Shown here: positions 8,917 through 18,273 of the stretch, in pieces
Layout of the letters: the number at the start of each line of letters is the position of its first letter
Position numbering within the stretch: position 1 is the stretch's first letter
Notes under the pieces: generated by a model
Databases searched by the model: none
Told to the model about the DNA's origin: nothing
What the model saw: only the letters and a program-made list of their open reading frames with translations
DNA from: a virus
Taxonomy: Duplodnaviria; Caudoviricetes
IMG/VR virus record: IMGVR_UViG_3300048930_000349
Coordinates: 1 to 52,850 of that record
DNA: 52,850 bases
Strand: one strand, 5' to 3'
Made by a program: the position numbers and the translations under genes

Positions 8917-9891
8917 TCATCGTCCGCCGCGGGCGGCCTTCTTCTCGAGGAGCTGGGCATATTCAATGTCCAGGCCTTTCGCGTGATATTCGTTGATGTT
9001 GGTGCTCATCACCTGGCGGATCTGCTCGAGGCGGGCGTCGATCGAGGTGCCGCCCGAGGCATCGCCTTCGAACATCACATCATTGCCGCTGGCCCGGGCC
9101 ATGGCATTGAGGAACTTGCTGAACGCCGGGTTATCGGCCAGGCGGGTGCCGTCCGGCATCCGGGCCTTGAGCACGGAGTCCATGTCCTCCCCGAAGTGCT
9201 GGGAAAGCAGGGCGCCGTTCATGTTGAGATTCTTGCGGTAGTCCGCGCCCCACTCCGCCCGGAGGGTGTCCTCGACGGCATCCATGCGATTCGCGTCCGC
9301 CTCGGCGGTGCGCTGCATCTCCATCTGGGCCACCTCCTGGAGGAGGGTCGCCACCACGGCCGCCTTGCCCTTGTCGAAGTTCTCGCCATGCAGCCGGGTG
9401 CGGATGTGGTCGATCGCCGCCCTGGCCTCGGGCTCGACCTGGGAGAGGTCCACGCCGGGGATCTCGTAGCCGTCCGGCGTCTCGGGGATGTCCTGCTCCT
9501 CGCGCCAGGCCTTGATCTCCTCGGGGTTGTCGGCCGGAGGTGCGGCGCGCTTGTACTCGCCCGAGCGGATCTTCTGCTGGGCGGCGTATAGCGCCTTGGC
9601 CATTTCGGGCACGTTCTGGAAGCGCTCGAGCATCTTGCTCGCCTTGGGGTCGCCAATCGCTGCGACCGACTGCTCGCGCCAATCGGTGGGCCAGGCGGAA
9701 GAACCTTCCTTGCCCGGCTCCAGCTCGCCTACGTCCTCGTAGATCGAGCCTGCCTTGGGCTTGGGATCCGCGGGCGTTGCCTCACCGGCAGGCGGATCAC
9801 TCGGCGGCGGGGCGGGCGGGCTTGCCGCGGCGGGCGGGGGGCTTGGGGTTGCGGCGATCGGGTCGGGCAGTTTCGGGGCCGGTGCGTTCAT
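8917..9891 (-). CDS. Capsid scaffolding protein
   Basis: Pro-rich N-terminus, IPETPDGYE and LRAEWGADY motifs, helical; AGGAG RBS. Confidence 0.8.
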   Translation of the reverse strand: MNAPAPKLPDPIAATPSPPPAAASPPAPPPSDPPAGEATPADPKPKAGSIYEDVGELEPGKEGSSAWPTDWREQSVAAIGDPKASKMLERFQNVPEMAKALYAAQQKIRSGEYKRAAPPADNPEEIKAWREEQDIPETPDGYEIPGVDLSQVEPEARAAIDHIRTRLHGENFDKGKAAVVATLLQEVAQMEMQRTAEADANRMDAVEDTLRAEWGADYRKNLNMNGALLSQHFGEDMDSVLKARMPDGTRLADNPAFSKFLNAMARASGNDVMFEGDASGGTSIDARLEQIRQVMSTNINEYHAKGLDIEYAQLLEKKAARGGR

Positions 9892-10171
9892 CTTGTTTCT
9901 CCTGTCGTGGGGGCAATGGACGGTCGATGGCGTTCAATATCCGGGCGCCCACGAATCGCTTGCCCTCCGCGAAATCGCTGGCTCGGGCGCCGTCCGGGCC
10001 CGGCCGGAAACTCATGTCATAGACGCATGAGAACTTGGTGAGGATGGTGATCAGGGCGATCCGCTGCTGGGGCGCGGAGGCCGTGCCGGTGGAAAGCGCC
10101 TTGATGGCGAGGATCTCGGCCTCGCCCAGCTCGGGCGCTTCCCAGGGATTGACCGGCGGCTTGAACTTCAC
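9797..10171 (-). CDS. Bbp19-like small phage protein
   Basis: SDFAEGKRFVGARIL motif; between portal and scaffold; 3' end overlaps the scaffold start by 95 nt. Confidence 0.6.
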   Translation of the reverse strand: MKFKPPVNPWEAPELGEAEILAIKALSTGTASAPQQRIALITILTKFSCVYDMSFRPGPDGARASDFAEGKRFVGARILNAIDRPLPPRQEKQDERTGPETARPDRRNPKPPARRGKPARPAAE

Positions 10172-11799
10172 GCGGCCACCGGCTGGGGCATCTTGCCCGC
10201 CATCTCAGCCATGGCGCCCATCTCGCCCATGGCCTGACCGGCGATCTGCGACTCCTCCTCGAGCTGCTGGTCCTCGGCCGCCTGGTCGGGATCCTTGAGC
10301 CAGTTCGGCGGGGCCACGCCCGCGATGGCATCGCGGAAAGCCTGGGTTTCGTCAAAGTGCTCGGTCACGCCCGGTTTGAGGAGCTGCTTGGCCTGGCTCA
10401 CGATGCCCATGCTGGTGTTGAAGGCGAAAGCCTTGCTCTGGCGCTGGGCGTCCTGGAGCGGGTTGTCGAAGGTGTATTCCACATCGCGGCCACGCAACTC
10501 CTGGGGCATCTCATCGAGCGGGCCCCAGAGCTTCATGCGGATGGCCATCTCGACGGCAATGTCCAGGATCGAGGCGTTGCGCTCGCTCTCGGCCGGAGCA
10601 ATCACCGGCTGGGCCACGCGGAGGAATTCCTCATGGCGCCGTTGCACCTCCTCCGCCGTCATCTGCGGGTTGTTCTGGGGGAGGAACAGCTTGGAGAGAT
10701 AGAACGCATCCTTGAGGTTGCCGGTGATGCCCTGGCGCAAGGCCTCCCCGAATTCCGGGGTCGCACCCAGCTCGAGGGCGCGGATCGCCTCGCCGGTGCG
10801 CTCGTCATAGCGCTGGTCCACCCAGGTCACCATGCCGGAGCGGATGTCCACGCCCGAGAGGATGGCCTCGGATTGTGCCACCAGCGGCGGCTCGACGGCC
10901 TTCTCGCCTGCCTCGATGATGCTCCAGGTCATGGTCTGCAGTGTGCGGCCGTCCGGCAGCGCGATGATGGTGCAGGGTGACAGGGCATAGGGCGAGGAGT
11001 CGATTCGGAACCAGCGCGACACTGAATAGTTGAACACATATTCCGGCTTTGCCGAGATCTCCCATTGCATGTCCGGCATGAGATAGCAGGAATACCAGCC
11101 TGCATCGGTCTTCTTGTCCGGGGCATATTCCATCGACGGCACCAAGACATGGTAAATTTCAACCATGTCGTTGGGGGTCTTGGCCAGCTTCTCCTTGACC
11201 TTCGGCGGGATGCTCCAGTTCTTGGAACGCTCCTGGGAACACAGGTTGCGCACCGACACCTTGATCTTGCGATAGAAGGTGTCCACTTCGCCGTCATAGT
11301 TCTCGCGCCACGCGCAATCGCGGAGATGCCAGGTGCGGAAGCGCAGGCCCATGCCATCGCTCCGCCCCTCGACCGAGGTCACGGCATTGCCGAAGGTCAC
11401 CCAATCATGGTCCCCGGCGCGCACCGCGTTCGAGAAATTCGAGCGCCGGTCCTTGAGGAGCTGCATGGTCATCTCGGAGCGGGTCTCGAGGTATTGCTGG
11501 ACCGAGAGCACCTTGCGCAGGCGCGGATCCTGGGCGACGATCTTGAACCAGTCCCGCCCCCAGGGCCTCAATGCCGCGTCGATGTAGTTGCCGAAATCCC
11601 GGCGGAACAGGCTTGGCTCGGAGGCGTAGAGCCGCGAGGCGAAGTCCTCGCCCAGGCTATGCTCAATCGTGAAATCCGCGCGCTCGGGATAGAAGTGCTC
11701 GCTGATGTCCTGAAAGAAGCTCATCAGGGAGTCGCGCTTGGTGAAGGCATCGAGAACCTGTTGGCAGACGAGCTGTCCGTGCGCGCCGAGTACCGGCAT
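10168..11799 (-). CDS. Portal (head-tail connector) protein
   Basis: 543 aa; PQMTAEEVQRRHEEFLR, SRWFRIDSSPYALSP and EKAVEPPL motifs of T7/BPP-1 portals. Confidence 0.9.
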   Translation of the reverse strand: MPVLGAHGQLVCQQVLDAFTKRDSLMSFFQDISEHFYPERADFTIEHSLGEDFASRLYASEPSLFRRDFGNYIDAALRPWGRDWFKIVAQDPRLRKVLSVQQYLETRSEMTMQLLKDRRSNFSNAVRAGDHDWVTFGNAVTSVEGRSDGMGLRFRTWHLRDCAWRENYDGEVDTFYRKIKVSVRNLCSQERSKNWSIPPKVKEKLAKTPNDMVEIYHVLVPSMEYAPDKKTDAGWYSCYLMPDMQWEISAKPEYVFNYSVSRWFRIDSSPYALSPCTIIALPDGRTLQTMTWSIIEAGEKAVEPPLVAQSEAILSGVDIRSGMVTWVDQRYDERTGEAIRALELGATPEFGEALRQGITGNLKDAFYLSKLFLPQNNPQMTAEEVQRRHEEFLRVAQPVIAPAESERNASILDIAVEMAIRMKLWGPLDEMPQELRGRDVEYTFDNPLQDAQRQSKAFAFNTSMGIVSQAKQLLKPGVTEHFDETQAFRDAIAGVAPPNWLKDPDQAAEDQQLEEESQIAGQAMGEMGAMAEMAGKMPQPVAA

Positions 11800-11829
11800 G
11801 GGGGCCTCCTGAAAGTGAAGGGGCGCCCG

Positions 11830-12054
11830 TTACTGAGCGCCGCCGAGGGACTGGTTGGAGTAGCTGGTGCCGCCGCGGCTGTAGATTGTGCCCTCGCGGC
11901 CGCGCTCGCGCTTCTTCTCGATCTCCTTGCGCGCCGCCAGCCGGGCGGCGGGGGCGGCAGGGTCCGGCATCCGGGGCATGGCCGCCGCGGGGGCGGCCTT
12001 CGGCATCTGGGGCTTGGGCATAATCGAACCAATCGCTTTCATGACACCAGACAT
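11830..12054 (-). CDS. Small basic virion protein preceding portal
   Basis: AGGAGG RBS, MSGVMKAIG...RGREGTIYS; typical small pre-portal gene. Confidence 0.65.
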   Translation of the reverse strand: MSGVMKAIGSIMPKPQMPKAAPAAAMPRMPDPAAPAARLAARKEIEKKRERGREGTIYSRGGTSYSNQSLGGAQ

Positions 12055-12056
12055 GG

Positions 12057-13643
12057 CTACCTCCTGGGTTTGCGCGATGACGTGATTGCTCGCGTCATGC
12101 TGCCCCCTATACCACCGGATGCAACCGTTGTCTTGCCCCTCGCATAAGCCGCCATGATGATGGCGTCCGCCTTGTCCGGGGAGCGGCCGAGGAGATCCTT
12201 GATCTGGTCCTTGGACTTGACGAACACCTTCGACCCCGGCCGCATTTCCCAGCGGAACGCCGCCAGCTCGGCCCGCAATTCGGGATCCGGTGGAAGGGCG
12301 AGGTTGGCCCCGGTCTCGGGGTCGAGCTGCTCGCGGAAACTCCAGGCGGAGGCGGCCCGGAGGTTGGTGAACATCAGACGGCCGGTGCGGTCGCGGATGC
12401 CCTCGGCCGTCGCGGCGCCGGAGTACAGGGTGGGGCGAATCGGCAGCGAGGTCTCGGCGTCGTTGCTGGTGAGGTGGTCGCGGGTGGATCCGCCATAGCC
12501 GCCTCCCATGTCGATGATGATCTCCGCCCCGTTGCGGCGGTGCATGACAAGGAGCCCGGCGACGATCGAGCCGGTGGGGGTCTCGCGCCCCGGCCAGGTC
12601 AGGAGCTGGTCGAACCACTTGCCATGGCGCCGGGCGAAGACGGTGCGATCGGCCCCGCCTTGGGCGATGTCCGCGGCGATCACGTCCATCTCGCGCTGGC
12701 GGCCCTCCTCCTTCCACCGGCCCATGGCGGCCTCGATCCAGGAGGACGGGAACACTTGGAATTCGGCGTCCACCTGGGAGACCGAGAAATCACCTTTCAT
12801 CGAGCGGCGCAATTCCTCGGGGAGGCCGGAGAGGGTGGCGGCATAGCCGGTCTCGGCCAGGTCGGGGTTGTCCTCGAGACTCGCCGGGATGAACGTCCTC
12901 GACTTGGGATAGACCGGCTGGCCCTTCTCATCGAGGAGTTGCTGGCCGTCGATCATCACCGGGCCGGGCCCGTCCACCTCGTAGTCGTGGCCGCGAAATG
13001 TCGTGTACCAGCGCAGCTCCCCCGGCAAGGCGGGGTTGGGGTGATTCGGATCCAGCCAGGCGCCCCAGCGCTCGAGCACCCACATGCCGTCCGCGGTGGT
13101 GGGGGGATTGCCGGTGGCGATGACCCGCACCCGCTGGCCCGGGGTGGTCGAGCGGGCCCAGCCGATGATGAATTCATATTGGCTCTTGAGGAAGTTGGTC
13201 ACCTCATCGAAGCCGATGAAGTCCTTCGGCACGCCCCTATACTTTTCGCGGTCCTCGAGATGCTGGCACCCGCCGAACATGACGAGCTGATTCGGGAATT
13301 TCCACCGGGCCGGAGGGTTGCGCTTGAGGCCGCGGTTATGGCCGAGGATCTCCTCCATGCGGTCGATCAATCCGTCCACCTCGCCATTGAGGCGCCGGAG
13401 GATCAGGCTTCGCCGGTGGTTGGCGATGGCCGTGCCGATGAGAAGGTCCGTCTTCCCGCCCCCGGCCTCGCCCCCATAAAACAGCTCGTCCGCCTCGGTC
13501 TCGAGGGCCTCAGTCTGGGGGCCGCTGTTGGGGATCCAGTGCTGGCCCTTGAAGGCGGGGCGGATGGCTTGGGCGATCTCGCTCCGCCGCTCGGGTGGGA
13601 GCCCGGCTATCAGTTTCTCGAGTTCGGCCTGGAGGTTTGTCAT
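12057..13643 (-). CDS. terL: Terminase large subunit
   Basis: Walker A YGGEAGGGKT, Walker B FIGFDE, ATGNPP, nuclease motifs ADIAQGGADRT and SPDKADA. Confidence 0.93.
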   Translation of the reverse strand: MTNLQAELEKLIAGLPPERRSEIAQAIRPAFKGQHWIPNSGPQTEALETEADELFYGGEAGGGKTDLLIGTAIANHRRSLILRRLNGEVDGLIDRMEEILGHNRGLKRNPPARWKFPNQLVMFGGCQHLEDREKYRGVPKDFIGFDEVTNFLKSQYEFIIGWARSTTPGQRVRVIATGNPPTTADGMWVLERWGAWLDPNHPNPALPGELRWYTTFRGHDYEVDGPGPVMIDGQQLLDEKGQPVYPKSRTFIPASLEDNPDLAETGYAATLSGLPEELRRSMKGDFSVSQVDAEFQVFPSSWIEAAMGRWKEEGRQREMDVIAADIAQGGADRTVFARRHGKWFDQLLTWPGRETPTGSIVAGLLVMHRRNGAEIIIDMGGGYGGSTRDHLTSNDAETSLPIRPTLYSGAATAEGIRDRTGRLMFTNLRAASAWSFREQLDPETGANLALPPDPELRAELAAFRWEMRPGSKVFVKSKDQIKDLLGRSPDKADAIIMAAYARGKTTVASGGIGGSMTRAITSSRKPRR

Positions 13644-13685
13644 GCGGCTCCCTGGGGCGCGGGCGGCGGGGGATCATGGGGGCGC

Positions 13686-13955
13686 CTACTGGAGGAGCAC
13701 CCAATCCTCGGCAAGGAGATCTGTCTGGGAGGCGAGCCATGGCACGCGCGCCCCATTCGGGTAAGCCTGAGACCCCGCGGGGTAGTTGAGGAACAGATAT
13801 GGCAGGGTCATCTTGCTTTGAGCATTGGGCTCCTGGAGTTCGATCCACATGCCCTTGCCATTCCAGCCCAGGCGCGCCACGCGCCAACCCTCCTTGAGGT
13901 GCATCAGGGCGTTGGAAAATGGCATCAGTTTAGGGGTGAACGGGGTGTCAGTCAT
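13686..13955 (-). CDS. DUF2829 / Tad2-like (Thoeris anti-defence 2) protein
   Basis: FSNALMHLKEGWRVARLGWNGKGMWI...PWLASQTDLLAEDW is the DUF2829 signature; 89 aa. Confidence 0.8.
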   Translation of the reverse strand: MTDTPFTPKLMPFSNALMHLKEGWRVARLGWNGKGMWIELQEPNAQSKMTLPYLFLNYPAGSQAYPNGARVPWLASQTDLLAEDWVLLQ

Positions 13956-14464
13956 TGCGTTGTCTCCTTGCTGGCGATGTGGAGGAGCCGGGCGACCTGG
14001 CGCGCGAGCTGGCGCACCTCGACCGGCTTTTCGTCGGGGGTCTCGGTGGTAATCGGGGCCGCGTCATCGGTCCATTGCATCTTGTGCCGGGTCCACATGG
14101 CCGCGGCGGAGGCGTTCGGCGGGTAGTAGCGGCGCACCGGCACCCGGACCACCTCGCCGTCAATCACCTTGATGTCTTCCTCGTCGCGCTCGTAGCCGAT
14201 CGCCATCTGGTAGACGGCCAGCTCCACCCGGCCATTGGCTGCTTCATGGCCGATGACGAGGGCCTGGGCCACGCCGGGTTCCATCGCGCGCCAGCGCCAC
14301 ATGGTCATGCGGGAAATGCCGAGGATGTCCGCAATCTCATTGGCCAGGAAGCCCTTGGCCGCCAGTCGTTTGATGACATCGAGCTTCTCGGGGGTGCAGC
14401 CGAGCGCGGGCTTGGAGGTGGTGCGCTTGCCCTTCTTCGCGGGCTTGGCCTTCGCCCGGGGCAT
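13952..14464 (-). CDS. terS: Terminase small subunit
   Basis: HTH EIADILGISRMTMWRW; VELAVYQMAIGY...YYPPNASAAAMW; upstream of TerL. Confidence 0.8.
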   Translation of the reverse strand: MPRAKAKPAKKGKRTTSKPALGCTPEKLDVIKRLAAKGFLANEIADILGISRMTMWRWRAMEPGVAQALVIGHEAANGRVELAVYQMAIGYERDEEDIKVIDGEVVRVPVRRYYPPNASAAAMWTRHKMQWTDDAAPITTETPDEKPVEVRQLARQVARLLHIASKETTQ

Positions 14465-14778
14465 CAGCGCTTGGCGGCCTTCCGGGGCCGCAGCGGGATG
14501 GGCGGCGGGGGATCATCGGCTGGGGGCGTCATGTCCACCTGGTCCGGCGGGGGCGGCAGTTCCGTGGGGAATATCTCGCCGGTGTCGATGTGGGTCACCT
14601 TGGCCGACTGGAAGGCGGCGAAGACGCCCGCGAGGCGCTGGGCCACCTCGCCGGGTACAAGGCCCTGGCATGTGGCAAGGGCCTGCTGGAGTGCCACGGC
14701 ATCGTGAGCCGAGCACTGGATGATGTCGGAACCGATGGCTCCGCCTGTCTCGATCGAGATCATGATCGCCGCGTTCAT
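14464..14778 (-). CDS. Hypothetical protein
   Basis: GGAGA RBS; stop overlaps terS start. Confidence 0.6.
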   Translation of the reverse strand: MNAAIMISIETGGAIGSDIIQCSAHDAVALQQALATCQGLVPGEVAQRLAGVFAAFQSAKVTHIDTGEIFPTELPPPPDQVDMTPPADDPPPPIPLRPRKAAKR

Positions 14779-14826
14779 GGGTGGTTCTCCGGTTGCAATG
14801 CGCGGACACTACAGCATCGGGGGCAC

Positions 14827-14855
14827 AAAAAAAAGAGCGCCAGGTTGAGCGCTCT
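14827..14855 (-). terminator. Rho-independent terminator
   Basis: AGAGCGC-N8-GCGCTCT followed by a T-run on the minus strand; separates middle genes from the packaging operon. Confidence 0.8.
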
Positions 14856-14905
14856 AGTTTATGGGGGGAAACGCCTGGGTTACTTGGCGACCCGGGGCCA
14901 CTGTG

Positions 14906-15196
14906 TCACGGTTTCACGGTTTCCGCAACCGCCTTCCGCCTGCGCGCGAATTGCTGGCGGTGGTGCGTGCCCGAGCGCATTTTCTCGGTCAACACCGTCA
15001 CGACACACAGGCCGCCGGAGGGCAGGGTCTCGAGGACATAGGTCACGCCGCCCGAGGTGAAGGTCTTGGCGCCGGTGCCTGCCACCCGGCCCACCTCCTT
15101 GGTGAGCTTCTGGCGGAGCACCTCCATATCGAAGCCGAGGATTCGCTCCATGTATCTCAAGATGGCATGGTCAGAGATGATGATGGGTTTCTGCAT
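14906..15196 (-). CDS. Hypothetical protein, possible BECR/RelE-like fold
   Basis: ISDHAILRYMER...VVTV pattern; GGAGG RBS. Confidence 0.55.
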   Translation of the reverse strand: MQKPIIISDHAILRYMERILGFDMEVLRQKLTKEVGRVAGTGAKTFTSGGVTYVLETLPSGGLCVVTVLTEKMRSGTHHRQQFARRRKAVAETVKP

Positions 15197-15244
15197 CCGT
15201 TGGCCGTCCTCCGGAGTGATGGTGGGGGATTATGGGGAAGGTGT

Positions 15245-15532
15245 CTAGTCCTTGATCATCGCACGGATGGCGGTGGCGATTTCATTCGGGTACATCGGGA
15301 TCACATTTGGACTGCCGCAGCATTCTGGAAATGTTGAACCATCCGCCACAAGGTTCCCACAACACTCCTGTTTGACGCAGCCTTCCGCCACCTTCGCCGC
15401 CTCCTCCAGCGCGAGGGCGATGGCCACTTTCGCTTCCGGTGAATATGGGTGTGCGTCCAGAGGGGTTGTGCCGCCTTTGATAAGGCTCTGTTCTATCGCC
15501 CGCGCCACGCGCTCGACCAGATCATCAGCCAT
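15245..15532 (-). CDS. Hypothetical protein (Cys cluster)
   Basis: MADDLVERVARAI...ECCGN...ECCGSP; GGAGA RBS. Confidence 0.65.
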   Translation of the reverse strand: MADDLVERVARAIEQSLIKGGTTPLDAHPYSPEAKVAIALALEEAAKVAEGCVKQECCGNLVADGSTFPECCGSPNVIPMYPNEIATAIRAMIKD

Positions 15533-15544
15533 CGTTCTTCTCCA

Positions 15545-15916
15545 TCATCGCCTGCTGATCGTCGTCATGTTTCCGCAATGGGTGCATTTGGTCTTGCTCC
15601 GTTCTTTCAGGCGCTTCATTTCGTCAAGGTATCTCTCGCGGCCTCGGTGCCATTGTGTTTCGTGGTGCGCCATTTGGCGAAGCACGAACATAGGATCAAG
15701 GCGCGTCCCACAAAGCCCACACTCAACCTCCGTCTCACCTTCACGGATGAGATACTGTGCATTTTGTATCTTGGAACCAGTCATGCGCCATTTGTGATTG
15801 CACCCTTCACTTGAAGCCCACGAGTCCACGACGGTCAGCATCGGCCCATTCCCATCGCGCTTAACCTTCGCTTTGATGGGCAACTCGACAACGTTATCTT
15901 CGTCTGTGGGATTCAT
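15545..15916 (-). CDS. Zn-finger hypothetical protein
   Basis: CxH, CGLC and CTHC motifs. Confidence 0.65.
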   Translation of the reverse strand: MNPTDEDNVVELPIKAKVKRDGNGPMLTVVDSWASSEGCNHKWRMTGSKIQNAQYLIREGETEVECGLCGTRLDPMFVLRQMAHHETQWHRGRERYLDEMKRLKERSKTKCTHCGNMTTISRR

Positions 15917-15969
15917 GCCGCCGCTCCAAACCCCGGATCACTTTCCATCGTTCTTCTCCATCAGTTTCT

Positions 15970-16296
15970 CTATGGCGTGTGCAGGGCGTTGCGGTGCGGC
16001 TTGACCGGCTTCGCTGCCAATGCCGCCCGCAGCCGCTCCACCTCGGCTTCAGCCTTGAGTGTGCGGCCTTCCCAATGACGCATGTAATCCATGACGGAGG
16101 GATTGTGCGCGGCCACCTCTGCTATACCGCTGGTCTTCAGCCGCTCCACCTCGGCGGTGAGGCGGGTGATGATAGCCTCTGGTGTTTCCTGTGCGTCTTT
16201 GATCACGTCATCAAGCCATCCCTCGCGCAATTCTAGCTTTTTCAGATCAGGTGCGGGAGCCTCCGCAGATGGGAGCGACTCGGACATCAGATCCAC
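15970..16296 (-). CDS. Hypothetical coiled-coil protein
   Basis: AEVERL repeated twice; coupled gene string. Confidence 0.5.
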   Translation of the reverse strand: MDLMSESLPSAEAPAPDLKKLELREGWLDDVIKDAQETPEAIITRLTAEVERLKTSGIAEVAAHNPSVMDYMRHWEGRTLKAEAEVERLRAALAAKPVKPHRNALHTP

Positions 16297-16490
16297 CCCT
16301 TTTCTGCCAGCAGGCGGCGCATGGCCTTTTTCATCTTGGCCAGGCGCTTCTTCTGCGCCCCGGCTGTTTCTGCCGCGCCCTCAACCGGCTCGAAAACAGA
16401 ATAGCTCATGGTGACAGGTCCGGGACTGGCTATGCCGCCCACAACCCGGGTGACTTGAACGGTCATCGTCCAGCAAATGCCATCCTTCAT
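16287..16490 (-). CDS. Hypothetical protein
   Basis: ATGA coupling with the upstream gene. Confidence 0.5.
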   Translation of the reverse strand: MKDGICWTMTVQVTRVVGGIASPGPVTMSYSVFEPVEGAAETAGAQKKRLAKMKKAMRRLLAEKGWI

Positions 16491-16699
16491 TCGTCTATAT
16501 CCTCGAGGCGCGTCCCGCCGCGGGCTGTGTATTCCCGGAGCGCTTTCTGGGCCTCAACCAGGTCGAGGCGGTCCTCCTCGGCCGCCCGGTCAAAGGCCGC
16601 GAGGAAGTCGGTGGGCCAGCGCGGATTGCGCTCCTTGCCGCTCATGTAGGCCTGGCGGCCCTGACGCTCGGCCTCGCGGCGCCGGATCTCATCGTCCAT
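16487..16699 (-). CDS. Small protein with Rmf/CrpP-like motif
   Basis: AERQGRQAYMSGKERNP...FLAAFD; GGGAG RBS. Confidence 0.5.
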   Translation of the reverse strand: MDDEIRRREAERQGRQAYMSGKERNPRWPTDFLAAFDRAAEEDRLDLVEAQKALREYTARGGTRLEDIDE

Positions 16700-17102
16700 T
16701 ATGAATAATCTCCCTGGGGTCAACGGTTGGGGGCTCAAAGCCGAAGATTCGGGCCACGGCTGCGAGTTGTGTGGCGTCACGGCACAACTCGACCTCGCGC
16801 CTGATCCGGTGTTCGTGTTCTTTCATCCATTTTTCGACCTCGCCCATGGCATAGTCGGGCGGCCGGAAGTCGTTGACGGAGCGCGCTATGCCGGTGCCGA
16901 TCTCAAAGTCCTGGGTTGCTTCGAACTTTGCCTCCTTCACCGTGAAGTACTTGCGCGCAATTCTGACCACTTCGCGCAAGTGCCAGGCGCCGCGGCCTTT
17001 GTACTCCCTGCCCGGGCCAAAAACGGTTTCATTGCCGCACAGGACCCACACCCGGTCCCCCACCCTAGCCTCTCTGATGCAAGCGATTGTTGCCTTTTCC
17101 AT
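16689..17102 (-). CDS. Hypothetical protein
   Basis: GAGGAGG RBS before MEKATIAC; open 137-aa frame. Confidence 0.65.
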   Translation of the reverse strand: MEKATIACIREARVGDRVWVLCGNETVFGPGREYKGRGAWHLREVVRIARKYFTVKEAKFEATQDFEIGTGIARSVNDFRPPDYAMGEVEKWMKEHEHRIRREVELCRDATQLAAVARIFGFEPPTVDPREIIHNGR

Positions 17103-17113
17103 GCGTCCCCTCC

Positions 17114-17347
17114 TCAGTTGGGCAGCAGCACATCGCCGCCGCGGTTGAACGTGATGCCCATCTTCGCCACCTGGCGCGCGATCATGTCGAGGCTCGCAGG
17201 CAACGCCCGGCGGCGGCCGGTCTCGTAGTTTACCAGGGTGGTGAGCCCGATGCCGCAGGCCTCCGCAAAAGCGGGCTGGCTGAGATCGAACCAAGCTCGG
17301 ATGGCGCGCACCTGGCGCGGGCTGGGGATTGTAAACTCGTCCATCAT
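17114..17347 (-). CDS. XRE-family HTH transcriptional regulator
   Basis: QVRAIRAWFDLSQPAFAEACGIGLTTLVNYETGRR; AGGAG RBS. Confidence 0.85.
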   Translation of the reverse strand: MMDEFTIPSPRQVRAIRAWFDLSQPAFAEACGIGLTTLVNYETGRRRALPASLDMIARQVAKMGITFNRGGDVLLPN

Positions 17348-17371
17348 TTTCTCCTGTGTCCGGCGGCAGAA

Positions 17372-17411
17372 AATTTGCACCGGCCAAATCTTCCCGTCAA
17401 CATATTATTAT
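17372..17411 (-). promoter_or_regulatory. Leftward promoter for the XRE operon
   Basis: AT-rich UP-like tract then TTGACG-N17-CAAATT. Confidence 0.5.
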
Positions 17412-17477
17412 CACGTAACACGGCGCAAAGCCTTTGTTTGCTGGATTGGTGCGTCAAACCGCCTCACCACGACAGCA

Positions 17478-17515
17478 ACATTTTCTGTTGTGCCCTGATG
17501 CGGGGTGATTATGTT
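17478..17515 (+). promoter_or_regulatory. Early promoter copy 1
   Basis: AACATTTTCTG-TTGTGC-N16-TATGTT; upstream box shared with copies 2 and 3. Confidence 0.55.
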
Positions 17516-17536
17516 GGAAATGAAAGGAGAGCGTTG

Positions 17537-17782
17537 ATGGTTGGAATGAACAGGCAGGACATTGAGCGGATTGGGGTTGGCCAGACTGGCCTCTATCCGT
17601 GGAATAAGGATCTCCCTGTGTGTGAGGTGGGACAGGTGCGGGAGATTGCGGCGGGCCCGAAGGCCGGGAAGGTGTTCCGGTATATTCAGGTCCAGGCGCC
17701 CAAGGCGACGATCGGGTTCATTGTGGCCGAGGATGACGAGGTTCCCATGAGCAGCAGGCAGGCATTTAAGGAGGCGATATGA
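17537..17782 (+). CDS. Early hypothetical protein
   Basis: AAAGGAG RBS, MVGMNRQDIER; ATGA coupling to the next gene. Confidence 0.6.
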   Translation: MVGMNRQDIERIGVGQTGLYPWNKDLPVCEVGQVREIAAGPKAGKVFRYIQVQAPKATIGFIVAEDDEVPMSSRQAFKEAI

Positions 17783-17976
17783 GGTCGGGTTGGTTTTACA
17801 CCTACGAGGATCGCTATGGGTGGCGGATTGCGGCGAAGACCCACGCGCCTGAGAGCGAGAGTTGGGCGGCCTACCACTCGCCGGAGGTCTTTGACCGCAG
17901 GCCGGAGGCGGAAGCGCACATTGCGGCGCTGGTCGCAGAGGGGGCGAGCTGGGGCCCGGGTGGGAGGAGGAGCTGA
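17779..17976 (+). CDS. Early hypothetical protein
   Basis: AAGGAGG RBS, coupled. Confidence 0.6.
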   Translation: MRSGWFYTYEDRYGWRIAAKTHAPESESWAAYHSPEVFDRRPEAEAHIAALVAEGASWGPGGRRS

Positions 17977-18194
17977 TGGCGGCGACCATTGTCCGGGAGC
18001 ACCGGATCTCGATCGACGGGGCGGAGTGGGTGGTTTTCTCCGAGGTGCGCAACGGCGCCCCGGCGGAGCGCTGGCGCCTGGCGGCGGTGCTGGGCAACGA
18101 TTGGCGGGTGTGCCCGACATCGCATGTCAGCCGCAAGGAAGCGTTCGACAAGCTCTATCTGGTGGCGCTGTCGCCCCAGAGTGCGGCGCCCTGA
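17976..18194 (+). CDS. Early hypothetical protein
   Basis: GGAGGAG RBS, TGATG coupling. Confidence 0.6.
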   Translation: MAATIVREHRISIDGAEWVVFSEVRNGAPAERWRLAAVLGNDWRVCPTSHVSRKEAFDKLYLVALSPQSAAP

Positions 18195-18208
18195 CGCAGG
18201 CACGCGAC

Positions 18209-18270
18209 AACATTTTCTGTTGACGGCGCGGGGGACGGTTCTAATATCAGAGCTGCAAGAGAGGAGATAC
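18209..18270 (+). promoter_or_regulatory. Early promoter/RBS cassette copy 2
   Basis: AACATTTTCTGTTGACG-N16-TAATAT...TGCAAGAGAGGAGATAC. Confidence 0.75.
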
Positions 18271-18273
18271 GAA

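Noticed and set aside
14814-14828. Shared TTGTG-CCC-GATGC motif with 17488-17501
   Set aside because: Spacing differs by one base and there are only two copies; may be chance
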